Notes under the pieces: generated by a model
What the model saw: only the letters and a program-made list of their open reading frames with translations
The model's database searches: none
What the model was told of the DNA's origin: nothing
In this document: piece after piece, positions 1-14,300 of the stretch
How positions within the stretch are numbered: position 1 is the first letter of the stretch
Layout of the letters: every line of letters starts with the position of its first letter
Translations under genes and position numbers: made by a program
DNA from: Mytilus edulis
Taxonomy: Eukaryota
Direction: 5' to 3'
Assembly (NCBI RefSeq): GCF_963676685.1
Contig: NC_092347.1
Coordinates: 90,086,001-90,150,000 of the forward strand
DNA: 64,000 nucleotides

Positions 1-185
1 CCCATCATAAATGCACTCTAGATAGCTGATAGATAAACTTTTTTTTTATTTCCATTAGAGGACCCATTATAGGCATAATCAGTACATTAATTCTCACACA
101 ATTGCAATAGACAATACACAAGAAAATAAAAGATAGAAATACACTAAAAAAACGTAAACCAGTATATATAGGTATATATATAAAA

Positions 186-352
186 GAAAATGTGGTATGA
201 TTGCCAGTAGACAACTCTCCACAAGAGACCAACATGACACAGAAATTAACAACTATATTTCACCATACGGCCTTCAACAATGAGCAAAGCCCATACCACA
301 TAGTCAGCTATAAAAGATCCCGAAATGACCATTTAAAACAACTCAAACGAGA
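186..352 (+). repeat. Dispersed repeat family (TGTGGTATGATTGCCAATGAGACAACTCTC...), class unresolved
   Basis: Related copies at ~7365-7445, 13200-13545(-), 19270-19520, 26200-26510, 35765-36080, 40980-41175(-), 63700-64000(-). Confidence 0.7.
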
Positions 353-1931
353 ATACATATGCATACATTATATATATAAGTTATGTCACTTCTGGCACTT
401 TTCAGAAGCTTACTTACTTATATTGGGATCACCCAACAGATTAGTCATTGCTAGCAAAATGTTATATATAATACAAAGGGAGTATATGTTCGAAGTGGGA
501 GATTGAAAAAAAGAGAAACCATGAAATAGTTTGACAACTTTTTTTCGCAAAGTCGATCGTGTTTTTCGCTAGTAGAATGGTGTTTAAAGAAAAATATACT
601 ATCTAAGTAATGGAGACCATTCAAATCAAATGATGTACCCTAACCAGAGTTTACTCAATCATGGAGATTTTTGCAATAGATACCTTACTAGGTGCAGTTG
701 TAAAGGGAATGTATTAATGAATGTAACACGTTGAGCTCAATGCTGCTATGGACATTGGTGAGTTCCTGTAGTTACTCAAAGTTTAATTCCTTCGTGTACT
801 AATAATTGTCAGAGTAGTTCAAAATGTCCTCAATTTCCGGTTCTATCATATCATTGTCTTTTGTAGGTAATACTGTGTCATTTCTTAACCATATAGGTTG
901 TGAGTGGGTGTGTAGGTCATACCATTGAACGCATTGTATTATAGTATTATTGTGTCATGTATTATTTTTAGCTTTACCATATCGACGGATACCATTGCGA
1001 CAACTCCCTTGTTGCCTAAAATACATTTCAAAGATAAACAGTTGAGCTAAATAACAAAATGTCCTCATATTGATATTCCGAGTTTCACCAACTATTTTCA
1101 GCAATCAAAGATATATGCTGTTTTGGGTTAATCTTTGATTTCAATATGTTGCGGTGCATGCGTAGTCAGTTTTTGACATCAGAGCTAGGGTTGTGGTTAG
1201 CGTAATTGAAAAAGTAGAGATTAGAGTTGGAGATAAAACAAAACCATCAAATATACCAGGATTATAGTTTGGTACGCATAACACACGTTACATTTACATC
1301 AGACCCGTCAGTTGTGCTCGAATTAAAACAGTTTTAAGTCAAATCAAATTGAAGAGCATATACCAAAGGGACATTCAAACTCATAAGTCCAAAATAAACA
1401 ATGTCAGTTAAGCTACTACAAAATCAGAATCTCTTGAATTAATATTGAAAGACGTTGTTCAAACAAAATCAATTCGGTCCTTCAGGTTATGAGCCTCAGA
1501 AAACAATTATATATGTGTTTGTTAACACGTTTGTATATATGACATTGAAATGTTATGATAGATGTAATTATAGAATTTAAAAAAGAACAATATAAAAATC
1601 AATTTTTATTGATATTTAGTAATAATATTTTGAAAAAAATGTTTTCAAATACTCTTGTTAAATTCGGTAAAGAAAACCACCCATTACTCAAGGTCAATAT
1701 TGTATCAATGCCTAATGTTCAATCTTTCAATCTCATGTTGGTTTAGTTTACAGAAAACGACTAGGGCCAAATTTAGAGCCAGCTTCAATCGCAATATTAT
1801 TTAGTAGTAGGTTGTATTGTGTTGATGAATACACACCATTGCACACGTTAGTTTATAATTGCCCTTTGGAGAAGAAGAAACAAATAAGAAACCACTATTG
1901 ACGTCTTAAGTCTTTCCTGCCTCCTTCAAAG

Positions 1932-4900
1932 ATGAAATTGTTAATGTTGTTGTGGATTGTATTTTCGTCAAACACAGGTAAGTTAATTAAGAAGAAGAAC
2001 CAATTTTCAAGTATTTATTTTAATTGATCAATGAAAGATATTTTTTTCATTTTATTAGAATTTGTTCAGATTTTTTAGTGATGTTCGTTGTTGATTGGAT
2101 TTGTTCAGAATTCATTTTTGTTCGAAGGATTGGAATGTTGGTGGTTGATGTGCTCTGTTGTACTTTTCAGTATTTTTGTTATTCCTGCTATCCTTTTTGT
2201 ATTGTCATGTTACAGTAAGAATAGGAATTGAAAGAATCCTCATTCCACAAAGAACTCGAAATTCTAATAAATACATATTCTCATGAATCAAAATGTCCAT
2301 AACTATAGGTACCCGAGAGTACACAAATTATAATACAACATAAAACAAACTATTATTCGGATTGTATTGCATCTTTTTATACGACTGGGAAAGAAACTAT
2401 AAGGTAAAAAAATTATAGTAAACACAATTTACTAATATAATTATCTATACATCAGGCATTTAATAAATAGTCCCGCAAGGCTATTCATATAAACAGTTTT
2501 CATTTTAAGTTTATGACTACCTGTTACCGAAACCGTTGGGACTTTATGGTGAGAAAAACAGAGAGTTTACAAAACAGTTTTACTGCAAAGTTGCTGAACG
2601 ATAACTAACAGACAGTTTCTTTGTTTTTACGTGATGAGATCAATGAAAAATAGTTGACGCCATCATCTTCTATACTACATATATAATGTAGCATTCTACT
2701 GTTTTCATTGGATATTACGACCATGCACGTGCTTCAAAGGTTATTTTACGTATCTGTAGTGTTGTTTCTATTTATTTGTATATTGGTGGTCAATCATATA
2801 AAAAAAAATCATGCTAAATTTAGATTTATGATGTCACACATAACGACCATAGCGGAAGCTTAAGTACCACCTTGGCTAAAATAAATTCGACTCGTTTGAT
2901 TTTCATAAAATTTTGACAAAATATTTACTTTGACCCTTTGACAAAAATATTAAACTTTCAAAAACATTGAACCACACACTTTCTCGGAAAAAAATCATTG
3001 GATACATAGCAATTTGACAAACACTAGTTTTGATCGTCGAGAAGCTTAATATTTCCTTATGAATACAATGTCAATAAAACGTTTAGCTGATTTTACAGAT
3101 TTATTTCCCTGTATCGGAGTTACAATGTACCACCTTAAAAAGCAGACGATAAGAATACAAGAAAGCTTATGCAACAAGCTATGAAGTTGTTAAAAAACAT
3201 ATTGGTATTTTCCGAAACATGTTAAAGATAACAATCATTGAATTCATACAACTCTTCCCATGAAAGTATTTTATTTTAAATGTTCCAGCTAATGGTCGAG
3301 AGTGGTTGTATTATGTGGTACAATGGGACCATTTACTAAGTCTTGAGCCAAATTCACCTCAACAGTTCATGTTCGGAACCACTAAAGGCGATACAAACAG
3401 TTGTTTTGAATTCTGCTATTTTACTGAACAATGCAATATGATTATCGAATCTGAATGCTGTTGTTATGCCAGTGACTTTCCAACAATCGACACTTATTAT
3501 TTCACAATGAGCAGCAGCAACCAAAATAAAGTATGGTTAAAACGTCCAGTCCACGGTATGTCATATAACAATAATACATACACAAATGTGTTCATGCAAT
3601 ATTCATAGGGTTAAAAAGTAAAATGGTTATTTCGGGGGAAGCTATAAAAATCAGAATTGCAATGCTGTAATGGGGATAAATGCATGGAGAGAATACATTT
3701 TCTGTATGAATCTTTGTCATATATATTTAGGCAAGTTCTTAGTATATACAATAATGTATATACATGATACATGAGGAATGGAGTACAATCAAGTATTAAA
3801 AAATAGGATGAGACAAGAAAAGAAAAACAACAGAATTAACAATGCAAGTCATTGGTCGGCTCGGTAGAAATATGGCAATCAACTGTACAAAGTGTTATTT
3901 TGTTTGTGAAACTATGCCGTTGTTGTCGGTTGGATTGGTGGGGGTATAAACGTATCACGTGTCTGCGATACGTATTGTCAGGGCTGGGTTTTTGTAAGTT
4001 GGGTAGCAGTGAAGCATTTATTTGAACTTAAAATTCGGATATTTTGGTGCAGCTTCTGTGCTACAATAATTTTCAAAATGCACATCCGGAGCAATAATAT
4101 TGGTGCCGATGATGATATAATTATCCCGAGAACAGCTATAGCTCATCAGTGAAGACCGTATGGTAACATGCATTTGTTAACATCATTGCCCTTTCGTTTT
4201 CGTTGGATACTTGTCTAGTTGGTTATCATACAGAATCTTTTTATTTTTATGCACGGTCTCTATTGATAGAAAACAATTTTAAGTGTGAGACTTGGTACAT
4301 TAGACTAAAAAAGAAAGGATTTTGTATAATAAGACAATGATGACAAGATTCTAGGAACAACGAAGTTTATAAAACCCTAAACAGATGTCAGTCGTGGTCA
4401 TAACTCTACTACAGTTCTCGCGCAAATCACATTCAATATGATCAACCTCATTTCTACATTTGAATAAATTGTTATCTGTAATTCATCATTTGCCTGATTT
4501 CAATTGATGGATAAGCAGTTCTAGTTGCACTCCGATAATAGCAGACTTGTCCTTGTTCTGTTATGGAACACATGTTAATATTCAAAATTGATTCAATTAT
4601 CTATACTTAAGTACTTAATGTTATCGAATCATGATTTTGATTGATTTTCAAAAGTCTTCATATTATTATCTACCACACCTTTAAATTATAAAGTCAAATA
4701 AAAAAAAAAATAATTGCCCAATAAGAAAGAAATACATGATCTTGTTTCAGTTTGTGATGTGCCAGGGTTTATTTATTACAACGAGGTATGTTTTAAAATA
4801 TTTGAAGAAAACACTAAAACATGGGGTGATGCCAAGCAGGAATGTGAGCTCTTGGGAGGAAGATTAATTGTCTTGAATTCAGAATACAAGCATAACACTA

Positions 4901-6211
4901 CTGTGGAAGCATTACACAATTTTTGTAAGTATAGAACTAGATAATAAAAAATAATAAAGACTTTATCAAAAAACTGTTGTAGGCCGTGCGATTACAACAT
5001 TTGCAGTTTACTGATAATTATGACATGTACACTAATCCCTATATAAAGGAATAAACAGTTACAAAGTTCCTCTCATTTGTTGGAACTCGTGATACTTTAC
5101 GTCATATGACAAAACTAGCAGTAGCATCTGGACGACATTTATACATGTTTTCCCTCAATTGATTTAGGACTTTCGAACAGCGGAATACTACTATTGGCTT
5201 TATATACCTTTAACTTATGTCTGTTTGTATCGTTTACACAACGATGTCGATATAATGCAATTGTATGCGACTGTCGCACAAGTGAGAGGTTAAGCTAGCT
5301 ATAATTTCATGTTTAATCCACCAATTCTACATAAGAAAATGCATGTACCAAATCAGGAATATGACAGTTGTTTGAGCTGTTGATTTTCTCATTTGAGTAT
5401 GGACTTACCGTTTTGAATTTTCCTCTGAGTTTATTATTTTTGTGATTGTGCTATTACTCTCAACTACTTACCGGTTAAAAATTCTTAGTCCAAATTTACA
5501 TTATATTAATTCAAGAGTACAACCTTACGACGATACAGTAACTGATGTTCTGATGTTGATATTATAGCAACCTTAAACTATGTAATATATGTTCCATGAA
5601 ATAATCATATCTTATAGTTACAATTAAAGATTTTGAAAACATAAAGTATATCGAAAGATAGAATTGTAAGAACGATGGATTAGATCTCAAATTATTAAAT
5701 CCACCTAATTTTCTATCACATTTGGTAACTGGCAATGTGTTTGTACAACTGCATGCGTTTTAGTATTTTAGAAAATATTGTGAGGACATTATATTTTCCA
5801 AAATATTTTAATTAATGAACAACTTGCATACACATTGGGTTAATGTTTAATATATTTTGTTAAAACAAAGACTAATGTCGACTTCTATATGTGTCTTCGA
5901 TTTTTTTCTTTTATCGAAGTAAACATCCGTCTTTTTTATACATTAAAGCTCCCAATCCGTACACTGGCCAATATTTTGTCGGCGCTACAGATATAGGAAG
6001 TGAGGATACTTGGCGTTGGGTAGATGAACAAAGCATTGGATCAGCAACATACATGAAGTTCCATGGGAATAATCCTAACAATTATGATTTTCACTACCCT
6101 GGGGAAGATGCTAATTGTGGCGTGCTTAAAATGAGACATGATGGGATGGTAGATGATTACTGCCTCCAGGAGAAAGGGTTTATATGTGAATACGTTAAAG
6201 GATTACCGTGA
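1932..6211 (+). CDS. Secreted C-type lectin with an N-terminal Cys-rich (PAN/apple-like) module; 4 coding exons, ~249 aa
   Basis: Exons 1932-1977 (MKLLMLLWIVFSSNT, donor GTAAGT), 3289-3555 (CFEFC..C..CCCY), 4751-4924 (CDVPGFIYYNEVCF..W..A..EC...GGRL) and 5949-6211 (FVGATD..WRWVD..NC..DDYC...FICE). All introns are GT-AG and phase 1. Total 750 nt is in frame. AATAAA at 6294-6299. Confidence 0.88.
5210..5450 (+). repeat. Dispersed repeat family with TGTACCAAGTCAGGAATATGACAGTTG core, class unresolved
   Basis: Related copies at ~9395-9620, 12740-13150(-), 17670-17800(-), 28520-28900(-), 38160-38520(-), 55510-55665. Confidence 0.7.
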
Positions 6212-7291
6212 TAAATTAGGTTGTCTGTGATTCCTTTAACTGACAACCTCTAACACATATTTGATTAACTACAACTATAACAGTACTTCTGTGAATAAAT
6301 TATTTTCCAAATAAAAAAAGTATCCACATTAAGTACTATGTGTGTGAAAACAACCATTTGTTAAATAACAACATAACATTCTATCTCCAGATAATTTAAA
6401 AAACTGGTCAAACTTATTCGCGGGATAACATTTTTGGGGGATTTCGCAGATAAAGGTGAAACACAAATATAAATATTCAACATATTGTCTGTAGAATTGC
6501 CTGCAACTATTGGCGAAACCTCGAAATTAAATATCCTCAAATGTAAAGTTTACCTCAATCCACGAAAATTGGAATAAATTTATCCACAGCATTTGAATTT
6601 GCTGGTTTTTTTTACAACCAATATAACTCTATTCTGTCCTCAGATTTGCCCATTTATATTTGAAATCCATAAATAACAATCGATAAAATAACACCCTGTC
6701 TATTCAATAATAATCGATGAGACTATCGGGTTTCTACGCATTGATATCGTAATATGTATGCTGGGAGATAATATTTTAATTTATCTTACCTCCTATACAT
6801 TTCTATGAATATGATTAGTTAAAAGCAACCGCGTGGAGAACGTGTATATTCCATATTTGGTGTTGAGGAAAAAACTTAAGGTTTTTAAAGACACAAATAA
6901 CAACCGTAACAACTCGTTAGCTTAAAATTTATTTTTAAGAATTTATTTTAATCGTTCATCATCAATTTCGTCTTCTGTCGAAACCTTTTTGACTTTTCAT
7001 CAACACCATAATGTTATGATAAAAGGATGTAACACTACTACTAACTGTGTATTGAAATAAGCCCCGGGCTACTAGCTTTATATGAAATGTACACGGCATC
7101 CATGCTGTTGTTTTAACCAAATCATATTTATAGAAATGAATTTGAGGTAGGATTAGTTTAACAAAAAAACAAAGATTAATTTCTTCATTTGATTGCACAG
7201 TAAAAACAAATATTGACACAATGCTTCAAATTTATTCAATTATATTATGACATGAATGGATGTTAGCAAGACATTCTCATTTCCACACTGC

Positions 7292-9821
7292 CTAGTATCC
7301 TGAAACGATAAAACATATACAAACATATATCATCACGTTTTATATTTATATATATATAAAACTAAGATTTGGTGTGATTGCCAATGAGGCAGCTCTTCAC
7401 AAGAGACTAAATGACACATCAATCCACAACTATAGGACATCGTTACCCATCAAACATGTCCCTTTGGTGATGTTACAATAATTTCGTTTAAAAGGTCAAT
7501 TTAAAGAAAAATGCACAGACGGCGAATCTAAAACAAAAGAGTAAAACGGTCTGATGTATGCAACCACAACACATAGTTGTAAACAGCAGTAAACAATTAC
7601 GAATACTGGAACATGGAATGCCTCGATAATAGAAATCATAAAACTAATAAAACTCTATTTTTGTTATATGTGCCCATTTTCAATCCTTATTTAGGACCTG
7701 TATGCACAGACTTCGTATTAGTTGAGATACTACGACAATTACCCCAGACAGAGTTATCTCGACATAGTTTGAGATGTTCCGCTCAATTAAAGTAACTAAA
7801 TCAAAAGCAATCATACAACGTAACGAAATACAGACTAAACAAATCAAAAGCTAAAGCTAAAAAAGAAAACCATTAGTACACACACTACAGAGAAAACTAA
7901 AATTGTCATGAACAAACAGTGACCTCAAGTGCTACGAAAGATTCAGCAGTTTCTGCTGCACTGATTACACCCGCCGATGTAAATTTTTCTTTAACACATT
8001 GATAACACTGAAGTTGCAATCAAATTTTGATAATTAAAGTATTATCTGAAAACCAAAATGAAATACGAGCTGACATGTCAAACATATTAAATTGCCCCGC
8101 TATTATTTTTTTTTATTTGCTTATAAATATATATGTTTTGTGTACAAATGCGTGTTATCAAATTTTTCATTAATGGGGTTGAATATGCAGATTTACAGTC
8201 AAGTTGCATACGTCCTGTTTTGTTTTTATTTTTAACCATTATATATTTACAAACGCAATGCATACAAGTAGACATGCAGTTGCATTTGAACAGGGACATT
8301 TGGTGTAAAACCAGATACATGTATGTTCAATCCACCGGAGTAACTTATTATCTAATGATACATTTTTTTTTACAAGTTTGTCTTGCGGTATAACTGTTTG
8401 AAGTATTTTGTGCTTTTGTGCTTTATCCGTCTTGAAATATACGATCGATTTTTACCTTTTAATTTTAAACTATCGAATATTTCTGTTAGCAATTAACTGT
8501 TTAAACTGAATTTAGTTTTCACTACTGTTCTGTTCTATTCAATGTCTATTTAAGTAGGTTTTTTTTGTAGTTTTGCATTGAAGTTGTTGTTATTAAAGGA
8601 TGTAGATATTTATATATGCTTCAAATAATGTTGAGTTTAATTGTCTCATGAGCAGTATTTCTCATTTATAATTGCATCATTACATGTATTAGTTTTACGT
8701 TTTTACCTATTCTGCCACCACCCCAGTGTCCTCCGCCACCGCCCCAACGTCCGCCACCCCAACGTCCACCACCTCCACCCCAGCGTCCACCACCACCACC
8801 ACCCCAACCTCCTCCTCCTCCTCCCCATCCTCCATCGTCATGATCACCACCTCCTCCTGTAAAAAAAAAAAATGATCCTTTGTATAGCCAGCAGTGATAT
8901 GTTGGTTGTTTCTTACCGTCGCTTATGCATGACTTCAAGTATGTATAAAGCAAGATAATTGTGGATTTAGCACGGTACTTGGTATTTTATATCCTCCGAA
9001 AGCTATCAAAAAAGAAGAGAGGATGTAGATACCAAGAGAACAGTTAATACTTTTAAAAGAAAATTATATGTAAACTTACCACTCCAGTATATTGCCTTAT
9101 GGTAGAAAAGGTAATTGTAAACTAACCACAACACTATGTCGCATCGTGTAAAATAAAGGCGACAGTAGTATACCGCTGTTCAAAACTCATAAATCCATGG
9201 ACAAAAAACAAAATCGGGGTAACAAACTAAAACTGAGGGAATCGCATTAAATATAAGAGAAGAACAACGACACAACATTAAAATGTAACACACACAGAAA
9301 CAGACTAAGCACCAGACAAAATCCTATGAGAATAATAAATATAACATCAAAACCAAATACAAGACATTTTTACCAATTATTTCTGTGTTTTATTCAAGCA
9401 TCGTTGTCAATATAACTGAATTTTGATGCGACTGTCATACAAGTGAGAGGTTTAGCTAGCTATAAAACCAGGTTCAATCCACCATTTTCTACATAAGAAA
9501 ATGCCTGTACCAAGTCAGAAATATGTTTGAGCTTTTTATTTTCCATTTGATCAGAGACTTTCTTTTTTTTTTTTTAATTTTCATCGGAGTTCATTATTTT
9601 TTGGGTGATTTTACTTTTTACCACCCTAGTATGTTGATTCATGGTAGAAAAAGTAAGTGTTAACTAACAACAACATTATGTAGCAAAATAGCAGACAAAG
9701 ATATATGAACTTACCACCCTAGTATCTTGCGTCATGAAAGCAAAAGACATGTAAACTTACCACCCCAGTAGTTAGCAGTTGCAACTCCAACTAGCAATGC
9801 AAATATAAACAACTTCAACAT
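7292..9821 (-). CDS. Small secreted Gly/Trp/Arg-rich peptide, ~72 aa: MLKLFIFALLVGVATA-NYWGGGGGDHDDGGWG6WG6RWG5RWG3RWG5HWG3RIGY*
   Basis: Coding exons 9821-9761 (ATG directly after tttcag; donor GTAAGT), 8856-8707 (acceptor T12acag; donor GTAAAA) and 7299-7292 (tttcag|GA TAC TAG). All phase 1, 219 nt in frame. Minus-strand AATAAA at 7231-7236. Confidence 0.78.
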
Positions 9822-11323
9822 CTGAAATTGACAAGAAATTGGTGGATATTGAACATTATTAAATGCAAGTATTAACATATAAAAATAAACACAATTTTGC
9901 GAACATCGTAGTACACACATACACCTTTGTAATATCTGCAAATTTGGGAAAATATTGATCGAAGATCAGTAGAATAAATAAAGACAACAGAAGAATACCT
10001 CTGTTCAAAAGTCATCAATCGATTGATAGAAAACAAATCGGGGTTACAAACTAAACCTTATAGGTACCAGACTTATAATTTATTAAACCATACGTGCGTT
10101 TCGTCTACATAAGACCAGTGGCGCTCGGATCAAAATAGTAAAGAAAGCCAAACAAGAACAAAGTTGAAGAGCATTGATGACCTAAAATTCCCAAAAGCTG
10201 TGCCAAACACGGTAAAGATTATATATATGCCTGGGATAAGAAAATCCTTAGTATCTAGAATAATTCGTACTTTTGCAAACTGTAAATTTATAAAAATTAT
10301 CATATAATTGATTATCATGTCAAGACTGAAGTGGTGACTAACAGAGACAACAACCTAACAAGAAAGCTGTGACTGTTTCACAAGTATCATCGACTTTGTA
10401 TTTTTTAAAGACTGTCATATAGTAGACACATGGGTAGTGTAAACGACTGCAAAATTATCTCTATACATCTTTGGTTTTGTTTTGCTGTTCTATTGTCGTT
10501 TTGAGAATTTGAAATTTGCCCGATTATAAGTACAAAAAGGGATATTTGGTAAGATTACAATGAGGCAACTATCCAATAGAGAATAATAATAAAAAAAAAA
10601 AAACGTTGATAAACGCCATTATAGTAATATATATTATTCGATACAGTTGATGTTATGGTGGAAGCTTATACAAAAAAAAAGAGACCGTGATAAGGCAGCT
10701 CTTTGATTCTTTAACCTTTATTGGTAAAATTTGATAAAATGTTGAACCAACTAGAATATAATCCTCATACTTACTGTATTAGAAAGTACAAATGGATCTC
10801 GAGTTTTATTTGTTTCAGTAGATTTTAAAATTTTGTGTTACGATATATTTGAAATACAAAAACAAAAATGCCCAGTACTTATTAGGACGAGTTTTTGAAA
10901 GCAAGAATTACACTGAACGTATATATTCTGATACATTGACAGTTAGTTCATTTAGATAGTTTAAATATATTTATTTATAGTGCATTGGGAAACAAGTTAT
11001 TGCAACGTATGTTAAAGCGAGAAATTATTATTTTCCTTAATTTTAGGAGAGTGTCTTTGCCATCTTGAAAAGAGAAGATTAACACTTGGTAAATAATATG
11101 CGTCCGAAATAGTTATCAAAGGTACAATTTAGTACGCCAGACACTTCTTGATTAACCTTCATCAGGCAATGATGTTTTTGTATTTGAAACTGATTGCCAG
11201 TCTTTATCTTATTTACATTTTTGATTTTTGAACGTTTTAGTTTCCTAATGTGCAATACTGTTTTTACATCTATTAAACAAGAAATTTGAAATTGACTTTG
11301 AATAATATATAAAGTACGCTTAC

Positions 11324-11381
11324 CTTTTGTATTTGAATGAACCTCAATACTACAATACTACCAGTTATTTGAGTTTATATA
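11324..11381 (-). promoter_or_regulatory. TATA box and short non-coding first exon of the Gly/Trp/Arg-rich gene
   Basis: Minus-strand TATATAAA at 11381-11374, followed about 50 nt later by a strong donor AAAG|GTAAGC (exon ends 11324). The ATG exon starts right at an acceptor, so an upstream exon is required. Confidence 0.6.
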
Positions 11382-14300
11382 GTATGACCAGTACAATCTA
11401 CTTGTACGTTTGCCATGTTCTACATCTTTTTTTAGAAGGTTACAAATTGGTTATAATTGTTCAAACTGTTTGTTGTCTAAATTGTTAAGTAAAAGGTGAT
11501 GTTTTAAACACAATGTATATAGGTTATTATCCAATAATTACACGATATTAATCAGTGATGACTTCAATTATTGACTTTGTTGACAAACATATAAGGAAAA
11601 ATATAAGAGTGAAACCACAAGAATAGTCGTAACTTCAAAGCTTAATAATGTCATACAAGTCCGTAGGATAAGTAACTCATTATGACATTATTACTAGTTC
11701 AAAACCGCATGTTGTATGCATTAGTCGCGTGTTATTCCGCGTGATATTTTGCGTCGTATCAGTTGGGCATTTTCACACTTAGAGAAACAGATTCTTCAAC
11801 TTTATCCCGTTGACTTTACAAATATTCAGAGTGAAAAGTTTATCGTTATTTACCAGATGGTGCGGTAGGATCTATACTTAAAAGATATCTACTAGATTCA
11901 ACTAAGAAGTTAAAATAAACAAGGAAATCCGATCAGAAAATGTTTTAATGTTCTTTTAACTTTAAAATTATTGATGTTGTTGAAAAACCATGAATATTTC
12001 TTCTTTGACGGCATTTCCTGCCCTTTGAAGAGTATGTGTGTTACAGTGAATTTGTATAATCAGGCATTATGTAGAGTTCCTGATTTTAAGGGATTATTTA
12101 GAATCTTTAAAATCATTAGTGATTATATACAATCCTTGAAAATTACCAATGATTCTACATAATCAATGAACATTTCAATAATTATTTTACAAATTCCCTA
12201 ATATGATTTCAGGGATTATCAATAGTTCAAAGATCGTTTGTTGATAAAAATTAAATATAGAAAAAAATTTCAAACAAAGTTCAAGTGAACAGTAAGTTTA
12301 AATTGTTAAAAGGCTCCTACTACTTTAACATTAACATAGGATGGGGATGGTGGTAATTAATCTTAAATAAAAATTAACAAATCTTAAATATCTGACGAAC
12401 ACATTAAAATTTGTGAATAGCAAAAGAAATTAAACTAAATATACAGAAATAAAAGTATAGCTTATCATATATACATTTCTACGATCAGCGTCTCTGACAT
12501 TCATACATTATTGTTTTGATCAGGTTTTGGACTTGCTGTTAACACTATTGTAAGCAAATACCGAATTCACGTGGACGAATTGATTTAGTTAATACGCAAT
12601 TTTAAGTCCATCATGGTTTACCAAAATCATTTATGACAAAAATGGTCTTAGTGTACATCCTAAGCTATTTGTGGTAAAACACATGTTGAAGAAGGTTATG
12701 GAACATCTATTTTGTGGAGACAGATGCTTTTAAGGACTCAAAAGTAAAATAACGAACATAAAGAAACTGGGGACAATTCTAAACGGAAAGTTTCTAGGCA
12801 AATGGCTAAATAAATTTTTTTAAACACAACAAACAAATAGATAACAACTGTCATATTCCTGACTTGGTACAGCATTTTCTTATGTAGAACATTGTGGACT
12901 CAACCTGAGTTTATAGCTAGCTAAACATCTTGTATGTAATTTCACTTGTTTGACAGTAGCATAAAATTCAATCATATAAACAATATTTTGTGGACAAAAT
13001 AAACATACATAATAGGTGAAAATGTCACAAATAGGGGTGCGGCAGTCAACATTGTGTTTTAATCTCAATCACTACAAAAACAATGAAATATGTCAACAAA
13101 GAACACGAAAAGGCATATAGACACTTAATATTAGCAATACAAAAGACAAGAATACATTTTACGGTCGTAATACTCCTGTTAACATGTGTTAGTGTATAAT
13201 ACACAACTGTCCAAGGTTAGGGGACAGTTTTGTCACTGTTACCATGTTTAACCCCGCCTCTTTATGTATGTGTTTGTCAAAAGTCAGTAGCTTGTAATTC
13301 AGTGGTTGTCGTTAGTTGCTTTGTCACATATTTTTTTCCATTATTTTGTACATAAATTATGCTATTAGTTATTTCGTTTGAATTATTTTACATTTGTCAT
13401 TTCGGTGCTATTTTTATAGCTGACTTTGTGGGATGGGGTCGCACATTGATGACGGCCGTACGGCGACCTATAATTGTATGATTTTCTGTGTCATTTGGTC
13501 TCTTGTGAAGTGTTGTCTTATTGGCAATCATACCACATCTTCTTTAAAAAAAAAGTTAACCAACAAACACACTTTGACTTAATTCAGTACATTTTTTCTA
13601 ATAAATTGATCGGTAAAACGGGATAAAAACTGAAAAAAAACACATTAAAAGGTCAGGAGCATTATAATTGAGCGATTATTTCGTTCTGATAGTCTTTAAA
13701 ATCTTGATATCGAATTGAGCTTTGACCGTTAAAGACAGTTTTGTAGTTTTCATCTGTTAGTTTTAGTTTGTGATTATTCCGTTTCAAAAAAGTTTTTAGA
13801 TCCGTGTATTCAAAACTATATAGATAACCTCAAAGTATACAATAGAAATCAATAGGAGCCTTTATAAAAACTATCGCTAGATCTCAAAACAAGAACCTAA
13901 AAACGTTTTTATATTATGTCATGCTTGCCTTGCCTCGTTTAAATTATTGTTTCATGTTTTTTTTTATGTTTGTACATGTTGTATAAATTTCCTTTCCAAA
14001 AATCGAAACCATGAAATATGTTTAAAAAGAGACATTAGGGACATTGTATCGACACATACTAGTTTAAGCAAAAGCTTACATGTAAAACTACTGTTTGACC
14101 TTGATGTTTGGTTGACATATATATAGCATATTATGAGGTTTACGTATTTGGTTATGATAGTTACTGTAATATTGTGGTCATATCAACTAGAAACTAAATA
14201 TACATGTTAATTGTGAGTGGATTTTGAACCCGAATTCAGTTTTCACCGATTATGTCCGGGAGCTTTTGACACACACACGCATAATCTGGGTTACTAAATA

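Noticed and set aside
630-762. Cys-containing frame ending at a GTGAGT donor
   Set aside because: In-frame TGA, no recognisable domain and no partner exons.
2861-3138. GTACCACCTT direct repeat and TTAA end suggesting a complete transposon
   Set aside because: Only one plausible terminus; no matching inverted end or TSD, so at most a fragment.
8641-8862. His/Pro-rich + strand ORF
   Set aside because: Shadow of the minus-strand Gly-rich exon 8856-8707.
8912-8935. Possible micro-exon (CG|GTAAG donor on the minus strand) in the Gly/Trp gene
   Set aside because: No good polypyrimidine acceptor giving a frame-preserving exon; the direct 9761-8856 join is already in phase.
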